The notes: generated by a model not told the origin, from the letters alone. A stretch of 64,000 bases of DNA from Octopus sinensis (GCF_006345805.1 NC_043015.1:42346001-42410000); one strand, 5' to 3'. Positions 13,991 through 28,340 are shown, counted from the stretch's first letter. Made by a program: numbers and translations.

Positions 13991-14486
13991 GATAGAGATA
14001 GAGATAGAGAGATAGATATAGAGAGACAGATATAGATAGAGAGATAGATAGATAGATAGATAGAGATAGAGAGATTAGAGAGATAGAGAGATAGATAGAG
14101 CGATAGAGAGATAGATATAGAGAGATTAGAGAGATAGATATAGATTGAGAGATAGATAGAGATAGAGAGATAGATATAGACAGAGATAGATAGAGATAGA
14201 TAGATAGACAGATATGCATCAATCTCTCTTTTTCTATATTATCAGTTTTTTTATTCTTTATTCTCCCTTCCAACCATCTTATAAGACTCCCAATAACTAG
14301 CTATATATATATATATAATGCTTCATCCGAGAGTAAATTTTATATGATTTGATTCTCTCTCTCAATAATTTCCAATACATGTCTTACGTGTTTCTTCTAC
14401 ATGTACAATTTTGTAATTCCTATGCAAATGGAAACGTGAAATGGTGAATAAATGATACACTTTTTTCCAATCTCCTGTTTTGATAT

Positions 14487-14539
<53 letters not shown>

Positions 14540-16040
14540 CTAATGTAGGATAAAATTGTTTTTGAGAAAAAAAATTTTATCAATGGCCAGCATATCAAAA
14601 AATACCTTTAAAGGTTAAATTTATAAATAATTTACAAAATATATCATCATCATCCTATATACACATACATACATACATGCGCTTAGCTGGCTGGAACTTT
14701 TAAACCATTATTGCTGCTATTCTTGTTGAAGAATAAATTTGTATTAATCTTTCAGTTTAATGTAAAATCGTTTGTTTTTTTTACTCTTACCTGTTTCAGT
14801 CATTTGACTGTGGCCATGCTGGAGCACCGCCTTTAGTCGAGCAAACTGACCGAAAGACATTCTTTGTAAGCCTAGTACTTATTCTATTGGTCTCTTTTGC
14901 CGAACCGCTAAGTTACGGAGATGTAAACACACCAGCATTGGTTGTCAAGCAGTGTTAGGGGGACAAACACAGACACACAAACATACACACACACATTATA
15001 TATATATGCACACACACACACACACACGTATACATACACATACAGATGCACACACTTCTAAAGAAAGCCACAACTTTTAGTCAATGACTACCCACAGACT
15101 AGTTTCGTAAATACATTTCGTAGAATTAACTTCCTTATTTTTTCTTTTAGTCAATAACCAAATGAAACAGGGAAGAAACCACTAAAACAAAACAAAAACA
15201 TAGTAACTGGATATCATATTGTTGCTGGTTGAATAATTAATTAACTGTAATATTAATAGCACATAACTTATGAAACTAGCACGGAGAGAAATTTTCTTTA
15301 AGTTCTGTTACTGCTTTTGTTTTGTTCTTCAAAATATTTCTAAAACAGGTATGTGTGTGCAATTAAGAAAGTTATCTCTCAAGTAAGTGGTCAAGAATTT
15401 GACCACATTGTACAGCACTTTACGCATGTGTCTTCTACTACATCCTCAGGCTGACCAATGCCTTGTGAGTGAATCTGGCAGAAACTGTATAAAAAGCACC
15501 CACTACACTCACGGAGTTAGGAAGGGCATCCAGCTGTAGAAATACTGGCAGATCAGACTGGAGCCTGGTGCAGCCTCCTGGCTTCCAAGATCCCGGTCGA
15601 ACCGTGCTAGCACGGAAAACGGACATTAAACGATGATGATGATACACACACACACACACAATAACTCTCTTCTGCAAGTTTCAGTAGCCTGGGATCGTCC
15701 CTCAGTACTTTGTCCTAGTGCCTTGCTGTACTCAAGAAGAAATATGAATGCCACTCCCCCCCTGTTGAAGAGGATTGGGGGCTACAAGAGCCCTGTGCTA
15801 GTGTCATGTCACATAAAAAGCACTCGTACTTGCACCATGTAAAAAACTCTTGTGCCAGTGATACATTAGCACACAGAAAAAACATACTGTGGAGTGGTTG
15901 GCATTAGGAAGGGCACCCAGCTGTAGAAACCAAGCCAAATCAGACTGGAACCTGGTACAGCTTTCCGGCTTACCAGTTCCAGTCAAACCATCCAACTGAT
16001 GCCAGCGTGAAAAACAAACATTAAAGGATGATGATGTATA

Positions 16041-16274
16041 CAGGGTGGTCCAAAAGTAGGTTTACAGTTATCATGTAGGCACTTAAAATTTCTTTTAAAA
16101 CGTTTTATTACATTTAAATTTCTATCTTACAAACTGAAGAGAGAGCCTTGAGAAAAATAACTGAATTAGCAGAGAATGATGGTTTCATATTTTTTAAATA
16201 ATTAAGCTCTAAACTGTTAATATATGAATGCGAAAGAGATATTTGAATAACTGTAAAGCTTTTGGGCCACCCTG
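16041..16274. mobile_element. Tc1/mariner-superfamily MITE
   Basis: Inverted ends CAGGGTGGTCCAAAAGTAGGTTTACAGTT and AACTGTAAAGCTTTTGGGCCACCCTG, flanked by TA on both sides. Confidence 0.8.
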
Positions 16275-18356
16275 TATATATGTCTATGTCTGTGTTTGTC
16301 ACCACCCCCACTCAACCACTTGAGAAACAGGGAATTGGTTGGTTTCAGTGGTTCAGCAAAAGAGACTGATAGAATAAGTACCAGAAAAGAAAAATAAACA
16401 TAAGAACTGGAGTCGATTTTTTTTTTTAACTAACTACTTGGCGCAGGAGTTGCTGTGTGGTAAGTAGCTTGCTTACCAACCACATGGTTCCAGGTTCAGT
16501 CCCACTGCGTGGTACCTTGGGCAAGTGTCTTCTACTATAGCCTCGGGCTGACCAAAGCCTTGTGAGTGGATTTGGTAGATGGAAACTGAAAGAAGCCCGT
16601 CGTATATATGTATACATATATATATGCATGTGTGTGTATATGTTTGTGTGTCTGTGTTTGTCCTCCGAACATCGCTTCACAACCGATGCTGGTGTGTTCG
16701 GCAAAAGAGACAGATAAAATAAGTACTAGGCTTACAAAGAATAAGTCCTGGGGTCGATTTGCTCGACTAAAGGCGGTGCTCCAGCATGGCCACAGTCACA
16801 TGACTGAAACAAATAAAAGAGTAAATCTCCTCAAGGCAGTGCTCCAGCATGGCTGCAGTCCAACGACTGAAACTGAAAAATAAAAACACTTTTCGTTGTT
16901 TCCACAGAATTTCAAAGCACCAAAGTACACCGTCTTGTGAGAGGAGTCAATCATCTTCACCAACTTGCACTCAAATATGAAAACTATTTGCCTGATCATA
17001 TTTCAATGTTGATGAAATCTCTTGGAGTCATTAATCAGCTGCAACTGGTTTTAGTTTTCTGAATTTTTAGATACTCTTTTATTTTACTTGTTTCAGTCAT
17101 TTGACTGTGGCCATGCTGGAACACCACCTTTAGTCGAGCAAATCGATCCCAGGACTTATTCTTTGTAAGCCTGGTACTTATTCTATCGGTCTCTTTTACC
17201 AAACCGCCAAGTTACGGGGATATAAACACACCAGCATCAGTTGTGAAGTGATGCTGGGGCAGACAAACACAGACACAAAAACACACACACACACATATGT
17301 GTGTATGTATGTATATATATACATACACATATATACGACGGGCTTCTTTCAGTTATCGTCTACCAAATCCCCTCACAAGACTTTGGTCAGCCCGAGGCTA
17401 TAGTAGAAGACACTTGCCCAAGGTGCCATGCAGTGGGACTGAACCAGGAACCATGTGGTTCGTAAGTAAGCTACTTACCACACAGCCACTCCTAATTTTA
17501 AATTCCATCTTCGTCCTCACTGTTTAACATATACTTTTCCATGCTTGCATGGGTCAGACAAGAGTACATGCATTAGGGCAGAGTTTTTTTTTTCTTTCTA
17601 ATGGCCAGATGCCCTTTTTATTACCAAGCCCACTTGCTTTTAAGCAAGGTGATAAGCTCACAGTCAATCAAACAAAGAATCTCCACATGTTTTTATGTGG
17701 AGGACAGGACACAAATGATATCATGAGGAAACCATTGCTATACAAACCAGATGCTCTACAAGTATGTGTGTGTGTGTGTATGTATTTATATCATCATCAT
17801 TTAACATCCATTTTCCATGCTGGCATGGGTTGAACACTTTGACTGGAGCTAGTAAGGGGCCAGGGACTGCATCAGGCTCCATTCTTTGTTCTGGCATGGT
17901 TTTCTTTCCAAATGCCAAGCACTTTAAAGAGTGTAAAGGATTGCTTTTTACATAACACCAGCACCAGTGTCTTTTTTTTTTTTTTATGCTGCACCAGCAC
18001 CGGTTTTAATTCTACTGTGGAGGACAGGTTTTCTTGAGTACAAAGACAGGTCTTGTGTGTATGTATATATAAATATACACACATGAAGAGGATGGATGAG
18101 AAGTGGATGGTATTTAGGGTGAGCTGGTAGAAACGTTAGCACGCCGGGTGAAATGCTTAGCAGTATTTATTTCGTCTGCCGTTACGTTCTGCGTTCAAAT
18201 TCCGCCAAGGTCGACTTTGCCTTTCATCCTTTCGGGGTCGATAAATTAAGTACCAGTTATGCACTGGGGTTGATGTAATCGACTTAATCCGTTTGTCTGT
18301 CCTTGTCTGTCCCCTCTATGTTTAGCTCCTTGTGGGTAGTAAAGAAATAGGTATTT

Positions 18357-18720
18357 AGGGTGATGAAGGTAGAAGTGGCAGGCAACAGAACCAGAGGTAG
18401 ACCTCGGTTTGTGCGGATAGATGGATGGAGTGAAGAAAGGTTTGGTGGTTAGAGGTGTTGGAGTGAGAGAGGCAAGAGAGTTTACAAATGATAAGGAAGC
18501 TTGGAGAGTGTTTGTGGACGGACGAGTGAATTTGATGCAGCATGATGCGGCGGAGGTAAACCAGTAGATGCTGTCGGGCCCTGCTGTTGATATTGGGGGA
18601 TGTGTTCTATGCCTTGACCTGAGCATAGGACAGGGCTCGCTTCTTTGAGCTGGGAAGTGAATGGAATGCCTGATGTGTGTCTTGCTGTGGCTACTCCCCA
18701 CTAAAAAAAATGGGGAATAG
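18357..18720 (+). mobile_element. 3' end and UTR of an RTE-like LINE
   Basis: RVMKVEVAGNRTRGRPRFVRIDG/VKKGLVVRGVGVREAREFTNDKEAWRVFV matches RTE ORF2 ends. A related inverted fragment lies at about 21850-22075. Confidence 0.65.
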
Positions 18721-19386
18721 GCCTGGATATATATATATATTTCTTTACTACCCACAAGGGGCTAAACATAGAGGGGACAAACAAAGACAGACAAAGTGAT
18801 TAAGTCGATTACATTGACCCCAGTGCGAAACTGGTACTTTATTTATCGACCCCGAAAGGATGAAAGGCAAAGTTGACCTCGGAAGGCAAAGTCGACCTCA
18901 GAATATATATAGAACCAGTCAAGCTCTGCCTTGACTGGCTTCCATGCTGGTGGCACGTAAAAAGCACCAACCGATCGTGGCCGTTTGCCAGCCTCGTCTG
19001 GCACCTGTGCCGGTGGCACATAAAAAGCACCCACTACACGCACGGAGTGGTTGGCGTTAGGAAGGGCATCCAGCTGTAGAAACACTGCCAGATCAGACTG
19101 GAGCCTGGTGCAGCCTCCTGGCTTCCCAGACCCTGGTTGAACCGTCCAACCCATGCTAGCATGGAGAACGGACGTTAAACGATGATGATATAGCAAGTTT
19201 GATGGCAGCTATTTTAGATATATACAAAAATTAGGTTTACATTATATATTCCAAACCCTTTCAGGGTTGGTAAAATAAGTACCAGTAGAGCACTGGGGTC
19301 AATTTAATCAACTCTTCTCTAAAATTGCTGGCCTTGTGCCAAAATTTGGAGCCAACATGTATCCCATACTCGTTAACTAACATTTT

Positions 19387-19796
19387 GGATCTTTACGGTT
19401 TGAACGGCAGTTTTTTCTAGCGATGTCATATGAAATTGTCACCCATAATTATGACCCTAGTATCAATCTATAGCATTTCAATCTCGGTTTGGGTTAGGGG
19501 TGGGGGAAGGGTATCTTTGTTTCTTCACAAATGTAAATAAACCCAATCTGTTTCTTAAACGAGGGACATATTCATATGGCACAGAATGTCTTTCACCTCA
19601 ATAGACGTCATTGATTAGTTGAAATTGCAGAAATTGAAGACGAAAAACAACAAATATCTTACAAACTATACAATTTTCTCAATAAAGCCAAGAGAAAAAG
19701 ATGTTTTATAAACACATTCTACCAGTATACAAAGTATTTAATTTTTTAGTTACCTAGAATTTATGTTAAAAACTGCTGTTCAAACCGAAAAGATTC
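19387..19796. mobile_element. MITE with 28-bp terminal inverted repeats (GGATCTTTAC-ended family)
   Basis: GGATCTTTACGGTTTGAACGGCAGTTTT and AAAACTGCTGTTCAAACCGAAAAGATTC. Internal blocks are shared with 37570-37762 and 58111-58721. Confidence 0.7.
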
Positions 19797-20386
19797 GACA
19801 TTTTTTTTTTAAATGCTACCATATATGTGCATCTATAAGTAATTATAAACCAACCACTCCATATATTTGCAGGCAAAACATATATTTGAGTAAACACATT
19901 GCTTGACTTATCTTTTATTTTTATGTATTATAGTAAAGCAGACCACAGCCCCCAACCCCATGTTTTGAGGAGGAGAGGCACTATACATCAGGTTCGACAC
20001 CATCACTTGGCTAATTGGTGTCTTTAATAGAATTCGCTCTGTTGCAAAGCATTTCAAATCAGTCTTATGACAGGAGGTTACTGTGACCTCGCATCCTCTA
20101 CACTCCCCAAGATGTCAAAAACTAAAACTAAATTCAGTTTTTTTTTTGTTTTCCTCCCCCAATCTGACATAGACCCTCTACATCACTTCTTACTAACATG
20201 CAATCAACACATGCTGTGTGGTTAAGAAGCTTGCTTCCCAACGATGTGGTTCTGGGTTCAGTCCCACTCTGTGGTACTTTGGACAGCAAGTGTTTTCTAC
20301 TAGTAAACTCAAGCCAATCAAAGCCTTGTGAGCAGATATGGTACACGCAAACTAAAAGAAGTCCTTCATGTGTGTGTGTGTGTGTG

Positions 20387-20422
<36 letters not shown>

Positions 20423-20423
20423 G

Positions 20424-20454
<31 letters not shown>

Positions 20455-21054
20455 GCACAGGAGTGGCTGTGTGGTATAAAGCTTTGCTTACCAACCACAT
20501 AGTTCTGGGTTCAGTCCCACTGCATGGCACCTTGGGCAAGTGTCTTCTACTATAGCCTCAAGCCAACCAAAGCCTTGTGAGTCGATTTAGTAGATGGAAA
20601 CTGAAAGAAGCCCATCGTGTGTGTGTGTGTGTGTGTATATATATATGCTTGTGTGTCTGTGTTTCTCCCGCCACCATCACCTGACAACCAATGTTGGTGT
20701 GCTTACGTCCCCATAACATAGTGGTTCAGCAAAAGAGACCAATAGAATAAGTACTAGGCTTACAAAGACTAAGTCCAGGAGTCAATTTGCTCGACTAAAA
20801 GGTGGTGTTCCAGCATGGCCACAGTCAAATGACTGAAAAGAATAAAAGAATATATACATGTGTGTGTGCTTTTGTATTTGCCCTCCACCACCACTGCTCT
20901 TGACAAACAGTGTTGATTTGTTAATGGCCCGGTAGCTTAGTAATTCAGCAAAAAGAGATTGATAGAATAAATACCAAGCAAAAAAAAAACCACTGGGGTT
21001 GATTTGTTCAACCTTGACCCTTCAAGGCAGTGATCCAGCATGGCCACCAGCCCT

Positions 21055-21775
21055 GTCCTTTCAAACCATCTACCCCAGAACTAGACTTTATATTCAAACC
21101 CTTCAATCTCTCTCTAGAGATATACCTACTGTAGTATATATATATCCCATTCCAAACAAAGGCAAACCCTCTGACCCTGCCAACTGCTGTCATATCACAC
21201 TAAATTCCAACATTTCAAAGGGCAAGTCATACTCTTAATTTTTTTACCCTGTCCCTCACAGCAGATGTGTTAAGGCCATTCCCCCTGGAGAAGACGATTG
21301 GTCTGCAAGAGCCCTGTGCCACATAAAAACCATTCATGTCAGTGCCATGTAAAAGCACTCGTGCTGGTGCCATGTTAAAAGCACCCATCACACACTGTGA
21401 AGTGGCTAGTGTCAGGGAGGGCATCCAGCCATAGAAACCAAGCTGAATCAGACTGGACCCTGGTGCAGCTCCCTGGCTTGCCAGCTCTGGTCAAACTGTC
21501 CAACTCATGCCAGCATGGAAAATGGATGTTAGAGGAGGAGGAGGAGGATGAATTCAACCAACCAAAACAACGTCTGTGAAGCCAGATTTAACATCCCTTT
21601 TTAATTCACTCGCCCTCAGTTGACTCCCACACTACTCTGGTGAAAGTATTGTTGTTGCCTCAGGCACCAGTGAAGCTTTTGTCCATGTCTGACACACAAG
21701 TTTCTTGTGAAAACTTGCCCATCAAGAGGTTTCTCTCATCACCAGGCTTGGTCACTTCCTGTCAGACTGCACTAC
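21055..21775 (+). mobile_element. Decayed CR1/L2-type LINE reverse-transcriptase fragment, split by a family C SINE
   Basis: YPIPNKGKPSDPANCCHITLNSNISK (RT PIPK.G....NYRPI motif) and GESIVVASGTSEAFVHV*H (ALDISKAFDRVWH motif) lie on either side of the SINE. Confidence 0.65.
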
Positions 21776-22700
21776 CACTCTCTCTCTCTGACCTGTATCA
21801 TCAGCCTGGGTGTGCTTTATGCTTTCATTTTGTCCCTTACACTCTCTGCCCTTTTACATCAACTTACCACCACCTTCAATGACCCCTATCCCATTCCTTC
21901 CACTCTTTATTTCTCCCTGACATTTCACACTCAAGTACGATCCACATGATCCAAATCTTCTTCACTCCATCCATCCATTCATCCACACAAACCAAGGTCT
22001 GCCTCTGGTTCTGCTGCCCTTCATCACCCGCCTTACCATCCACTCCTTGTGCCAATCCAGTCTCCTTCAACAGTAAAAAAAAAAAAAAGAAATAATTACG
22101 CTTATCATCACAAAATTACTGCATCTCTCTCATCTCCAATTTGAACAGGAGCAACACACAACTAGAGCCCTCATTATCACCTCAAATTTCTCTTTTCTCT
22201 TTTACTTGTTTCAGTCATTTGACTGCGGCCATGCTGGAGCACCGCCTTTCGTCAAGCAACTCGACCCCAGGACTTATTCTTTTGTAAGCCCAGTACTTAT
22301 TCTATCGATCTCTTTTGCTGAACCGCTAAGTGACGGGGATGTAAACACACCAGCATCGGTTGTCAAGCAAAGCTAGGGGGACAAACACAGACACACACAC
22401 ACTCATATATATATACAACGGGCTTCTTTCAGTTTCCGTCTACCAAATCCACTCACAAGGCTTTGGTTGGCCCGAGGCTATAGTAGAAGACACTTGCCCA
22501 ATGTGCCACGCAGTGGGACTGAACCTGGAACCATGTGGTTCGTAAACAAGCTACTTACCACACAGCCACTCCTGCGCTAAGTATCCCCTATCATCAAGGG
22601 CCTCCCTTAGTAAATACACATCGTTAACCATTATTGACCTGATGTTTGGAACATAAATTGCCATGGAATTTTCGATAGATTTTAATTTAGACCTCTTTAA

Positions 22701-23323
22701 CCCTTTACCACTAAACTGGCCATATCCAGCCAAAATATTCTACTTGTTTAATTATGCTCAAACTGACCAGATCTGGTTTCTATAACTTACCTTACAATGT
22801 CATTCTAAAAAATTAACAATAACCTTATCAAAATCTAATAGCTACAAGACATCATCATCATCGTTTAACGTCCACTTTCAATGGTAGCATGGGTTGGACG
22901 ATTTGACTGAGGACTGGCAAACCAGATGGCTGCACCAGACTCCAATCTGATCTGGCAGAGTTTCTACAGCTGGATGCCCTTCCTAACACCAAAAATACAT
23001 GTTAATTCAGAATAAGTACCAGGGTCGATTTATTTGTCTTTTGTTTGTCTAAAAACCCTTCAAAGGGGTGCCCCAGCATGAGCACAGTCCAATGACGGAT
23101 GTATAAAAGATACCATGAAATCTAACAGGATCATCACTAAATGTCATTCTGTAACGTGGTTGGCATTAGGAAGGGCATCCAGCCATAGAAACCAAGCCAA
23201 ATCAGACTCGAACCTGGTGTGGATCTCCTGGTTGCCAGCTCTGGTCAAACCGTCCAACCCATGCCAGCATGGAAAATGGACGTTAGATTACTTTTGACAG
23301 AATAAATGTGAATGCTAAAGGGG
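22701..23323. mobile_element. piggyBac-type MITE with nested SINEs
   Basis: TTAA|CCCTTTACCA ... TGCTAAAGGGG|TTAA (TTAA target duplication, CCCTTT termini). Related ends occur at about 50130-50147 and about 52200-52213. Confidence 0.65.
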
Positions 23324-23547
23324 TTAAAACAGTAAAGTTTAACCCCTTTCGATGGCCTTAATGCTAAACATCAATGTTTGCTGATCAACTCTCAAACTCA
23401 CCCCCCCCCCTCTAAATAACCCCTAAGTTTTTCAATTCAGTGTAGCAAAAAAGCAAAAAAAAAAAGGAATCCGAATAAATCTCCTGGATGTGAATGGACT
23501 TGGAAAAAGCCTTTCCGGAATCGATAACCTAAGCAGCAGACACCTAC

Positions 23548-23803
23548 TTAGGTCTATGTGAGAGATCATTATTATTATTATTATTATTATTGCATCACTG
23601 AAAACTGGATCTTTGATTTCGACAGTACCGGACAGCAAATCTCTTGATAGGCCTTTCTTTTTGTTTAAGTTGTAACTGGGCCTCAAGAGATTTGTTTTGA
23701 TTTCTCTACGATCAAAATCCGAAAACCTTGATCGAGAACGGGACAAGTCGATAGGTTCACCCGACCAATATATGCGCTTATAAAACACTAAATGTGTTTG
23801 CAC
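23548..23803 (-). CDS. Putative second exon of the same unidentified gene: VQTHLVFYKRIYWSGEPIDLSRSRSRFSDFDRREIKTNLLRPSYNLNKKKGLSRDLLS...
   Basis: Acceptor tttgtggttttag|GTG. Only the phase-0 frame is open, which matches exon 1. The 3' end is uncertain: donors at 23628 (GTACTG) or 23547 (GTAGGT), or read-through to the stop at 23432. Confidence 0.45.
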
Positions 23804-24223
23804 CTAAAACCACAAACATACAAGTTGTGTGTAATTCACTCACACACACTCTCTCTCTCTCTCTACCTCCCAACATGTGTATATGTAAAACATCGATAAT
23901 TATCGATGTTTTAACTCAATCACGCCGTTGAGATCTTTGAGAATGACAGGAACTGAAAAAATAACAATAAATTCGCAATTCGTTGCTTCTTGCATTTTAC
24001 AAGATCATATTCATTCATTCATACAAATATATATATATTTCTTTACTACCCACAAGGGGCGAAAACACAGAAGGGACAAACAAGGACAGACAAAGGGATT
24101 AAGTCGATTATATCGACCCCAGTGCGTAAATGGTACTATTTAATCGACCCCGAAAGGATGAAAGGCAAAGTCGACCTCGGCGGAATTTGAACTCAGAATG
24201 TAGCGACAGACGAAGCTCGCCGT

Positions 24224-24263
<40 letters not shown>

Positions 24264-25152
24264 GGAGTAAACACATAAATGTGAAACAAGGTGGAAAAAA
24301 GAGTACTCAAATACCAGGGGTAGAGTAATATGCTTTATTTAAAAGCAGCTTTTAAATAAAGTATATATATATCAGAATTGAACAGCCGAAATTTGCTATG
24401 ATGATTCGGTGTCTGACTGAAGATTGAAGGCTTCGAATGATTTGTCTGTGTTCCGTGTTTGTCCCTTCCTGTATTTCACGTTCTTTATGTATAAAACATT
24501 TATCCTTATATATATATATATATATATATGCGCGCGTGCATGTGTGTGTGTGTATGGGTACACTCGATCCTCAATCATACACAGTATCTAAATAGACGGT
24601 GGTGACCCGAAGTCGTGACCCGGTTTCGATTTGAAGACCTGAACTACATTTAGTTCCACTTTCACCGTGAACACAGCTAGGTGATCCAAAGACGCGCACG
24701 GTAAAGATTCTCCCCACTACCGGATTATTTCATGTTTTACGCTTATTTACACACATCCAGCGACGAGGAGGACATAGCAACCGGTGAGTTTAGGGGCTTA
24801 GGAGCCTAATTTTCAATCCAGAATATTTCAACATAATACCTACATTTATCTAGTTGACTACCTTTAGGAAAGGCATGAACACCACAAGTTTACATATCTT
24901 TATTTGAACAGACGACAAAACCTATTCGAGCTTAAACATTACTAAGAGTCAATTAATTAATTTAACTAAAAACCAAATTGAGAAAGTAAGTCAACAAAAG
25001 TGGTTGTGTGGTAAGTAGCTTGCTTACCAACCACATGGTTCCGGGTTCAGTCCCACTGCGTGGCACCTTGGGCAAGTGTCTTCTGCTATAGCCTCGGGCC
25101 GACCAAAGTCTTGTGAGTGGATTTGGTAGACGGAAACTGAAAGAAGCCTGTC

Positions 25153-25212
<60 letters not shown>

Positions 25213-26940
25213 TTGTCCCTCCAACATCGCTTGACAACCGATGCTAGTGTGTTTACATCACCGTAACTTAGCGGTTCATCAAAAAGAGACCAATAGAATA
25301 AGTACTAGGCTTACAAAGAATAAGTCCTGGGGTCGATTTGATCGACTAAAGGCGGTGCTCCAGCATGGCCGCAGTCAAATGACTGAAACAAGTAAAAGAG
25401 TAAAACGTGATATATGCCGGGGACGAAAATTTCAGTTTAGTTTCGGCGCTAATAACACTGGGGAAAGGCATGAAGGCTAAACATTCTCATTTCATAATTC
25501 TATATATATATATAAAAAAAAAATGTGATCTTGTAGCCATTGTGTAGCCGTGGGATTTTCAGTGAAACCGAAATAAACGTGAAACGGTTTCAATTCCCAG
25601 CAGGGATTGCTTTTAGTTCGATAATCAATCACAACTTCCGTATTCCCCCCCCCCCCGACCCTACCTCTTCTCCAACATACCATTCTAACCATTTTTGTTT
25701 TCTTTGAATCTTCCTGATTTTCCCATGTCAATAAAATAATGGTTTAGATTCCCCGTAAAAAGAGGGATTCTTCCAACGTATGTGTATGTGTGTGTGTGGT
25801 CGATTAGATTATTTATGGTCAAATAGATTCCAACCTTTACGATCCCATCTTAAATTCTATCCCCAGCTACAACTCCAATGTACCCTTTATTTGAAAGACG
25901 GGAGGGCGTGATTTGAAGACCCTTTCGCTGCTAGTCTTAGCAAGTCGAGCGACCAATCTTCTTTGACTCGTTATGTGTTATATACATACATACATACATA
26001 TATATACGTATATATGCGTACGAGTGTGTGTGTATGTGTGTGTTGAAACAATGTCAGTTCAGCGACCTAAGTGTACATTGATTTCTTAGAATGGCACCAA
26101 GCCATCATAGAATCGCAGAGAAGGGCGAGCGTTTGAACTTATTTTATCGATCTCGCTGAGACGAAGAACAAAGTCGACCTCTGTGAGATTTGAACCTCAC
26201 AAAAATTACGCTTGTAAATCTCAGAATGTACGAGACAAACCCACGAACAAGGTTTTTTCAAATCCATCTGTTTGTGTGTGAATGCATATATATATATGTG
26301 TGTGTGTGTGTGTAAATGTATATTGTGTGCTTATATCTCGCCAAGGCTGCTTTAAAATATGTCTCAACACATACAAATACACACAGCCATATGTACTGAA
26401 GATAACAGATTTTATTTTCATTTTATTCCCAAAGGAGAAGATAGGTTAACAGATCCAAACACACACACACAGATGGAAAGGGTGTGTGACTGTGTACGCG
26501 CGCGCGTGTTATCCATGACCATTCTTACGCTTGGTATCTTATTAAGAAAGTGCGTTTCTGACAGGTATCTATCCAGATGACTATGTCAAATAAACAAAAA
26601 CCCGATACAAGGAATAAAAAAACCTAACCAAAGAACATTAAAATCTCAATTGAGACACAATTACACCTCTACATACATACATACACACACATATATATAC
26701 GTTATATAATTAGGGCTCAGTAAAATAATTTACTTTGCCACATACTGAAATATATATATATAGGGAGAGTTTACGAAAAAAAAAACAAAAGATGAAGACA
26801 GGTGGTGTACAAAACAAACAGATGTATTAGTATAACGCTCGGGAATAGAAAAAGTCCTTTATGTTTCGAGCCTATGCTCTTCTACAGAAAGGGACGCAGA
26901 AAAAAACAAGGAGAGAAAAAATGTGTGTCTGGCTAATATA

Positions 26941-26996
<56 letters not shown>

Positions 26997-27343
26997 TACG
27001 TGTGTGCGCACACACATTGCAGGTAAAAAAAAAAATGATGGAATCTAAAGAACATAGAACAACCGTTTATCGAACACAAACTGGAATAAAGTCGATTACG
27101 CCAATACCGACAAATACTCACATATTCCAAATGAGGGGGAAAAAAGGCTATTAGGAATCAAAATAATATATATATATAATAAGTAATATTAGGGTAATGA
27201 GAATTAAAGAAATTTTTATTACCAATGGAATTTTCATTCCCTTCGAAAGTTTATCCCTAATTATTGGTCTGAGTTATTTACTGCTCTTTCTAGCGCAAGG
27301 CTTTCCTATGATGGAAGCCTCTTAACGTGTTTTGATGAACACG

Positions 27344-27388
<45 letters not shown>

Positions 27389-27636
27389 TGTGAATGTATG
27401 TATATAATATATATACACATAGATATATTCCATTCTTAATTGTTATGAATTGATTTTGGTTTCACAGAAATTAGGGATTTTTTGTTAGTTTGCTTTTTGT
27501 TGTTTTTTTAGGCGATAAAACATGTTGAAATATAAAAAAAAACGATGGAGAAAGTATGTTTAGTAAATTTTTCCTACAGTGATGTCGACAAGCAAAACTA
27601 TTAACGCATAGCATGGGAAAACAAAAACAGAAATTA

Positions 27637-27674
27637 TATTGCGAGTAACGTGTGTATGTATGTATATATACATG

Positions 27675-27719
<45 letters not shown>

Positions 27720-27892
27720 ATAAATATATATATATATATGTGTGTGTGTATATATATATGTGTGTATATATATATATGTATATATGTGTGTGTGTGTGTG
27801 TATATATATGTGTGTGTGTGTGTGTGTATGTAAGTATATATATATATACACACATACATATATATGCATGCATACTGCGAGCAGTGTGTGAG

Positions 27893-27929
<37 letters not shown>

Positions 27930-28013
27930 GTGTGTGTGTGTATATATATATGTGTGTGTGTGTGTATATATATATATGTGTGTGTGTATATATATATATA
28001 TAATATATATATA

Positions 28014-28044
<31 letters not shown>

Positions 28045-28271
28045 GTGTGTGTATGTATATATATATATATATGTGTGTGTGTATGTATATATATATATAG
28101 TGTGTGTATGTATATATATATATATATGTGTGTATATATATATATGTGTGTGTGTATATATATGTATATATGTGTGTGTGTGTCTATATATATGTGTGTG
28201 TGTGTGTATGTAAGTATATATATATATACACACATACATATATATGCATGCATACTGCGAGCAGTGTGTGA

Positions 28272-28327
<56 letters not shown>

Positions 28328-28340
28328 ATATATATATATA

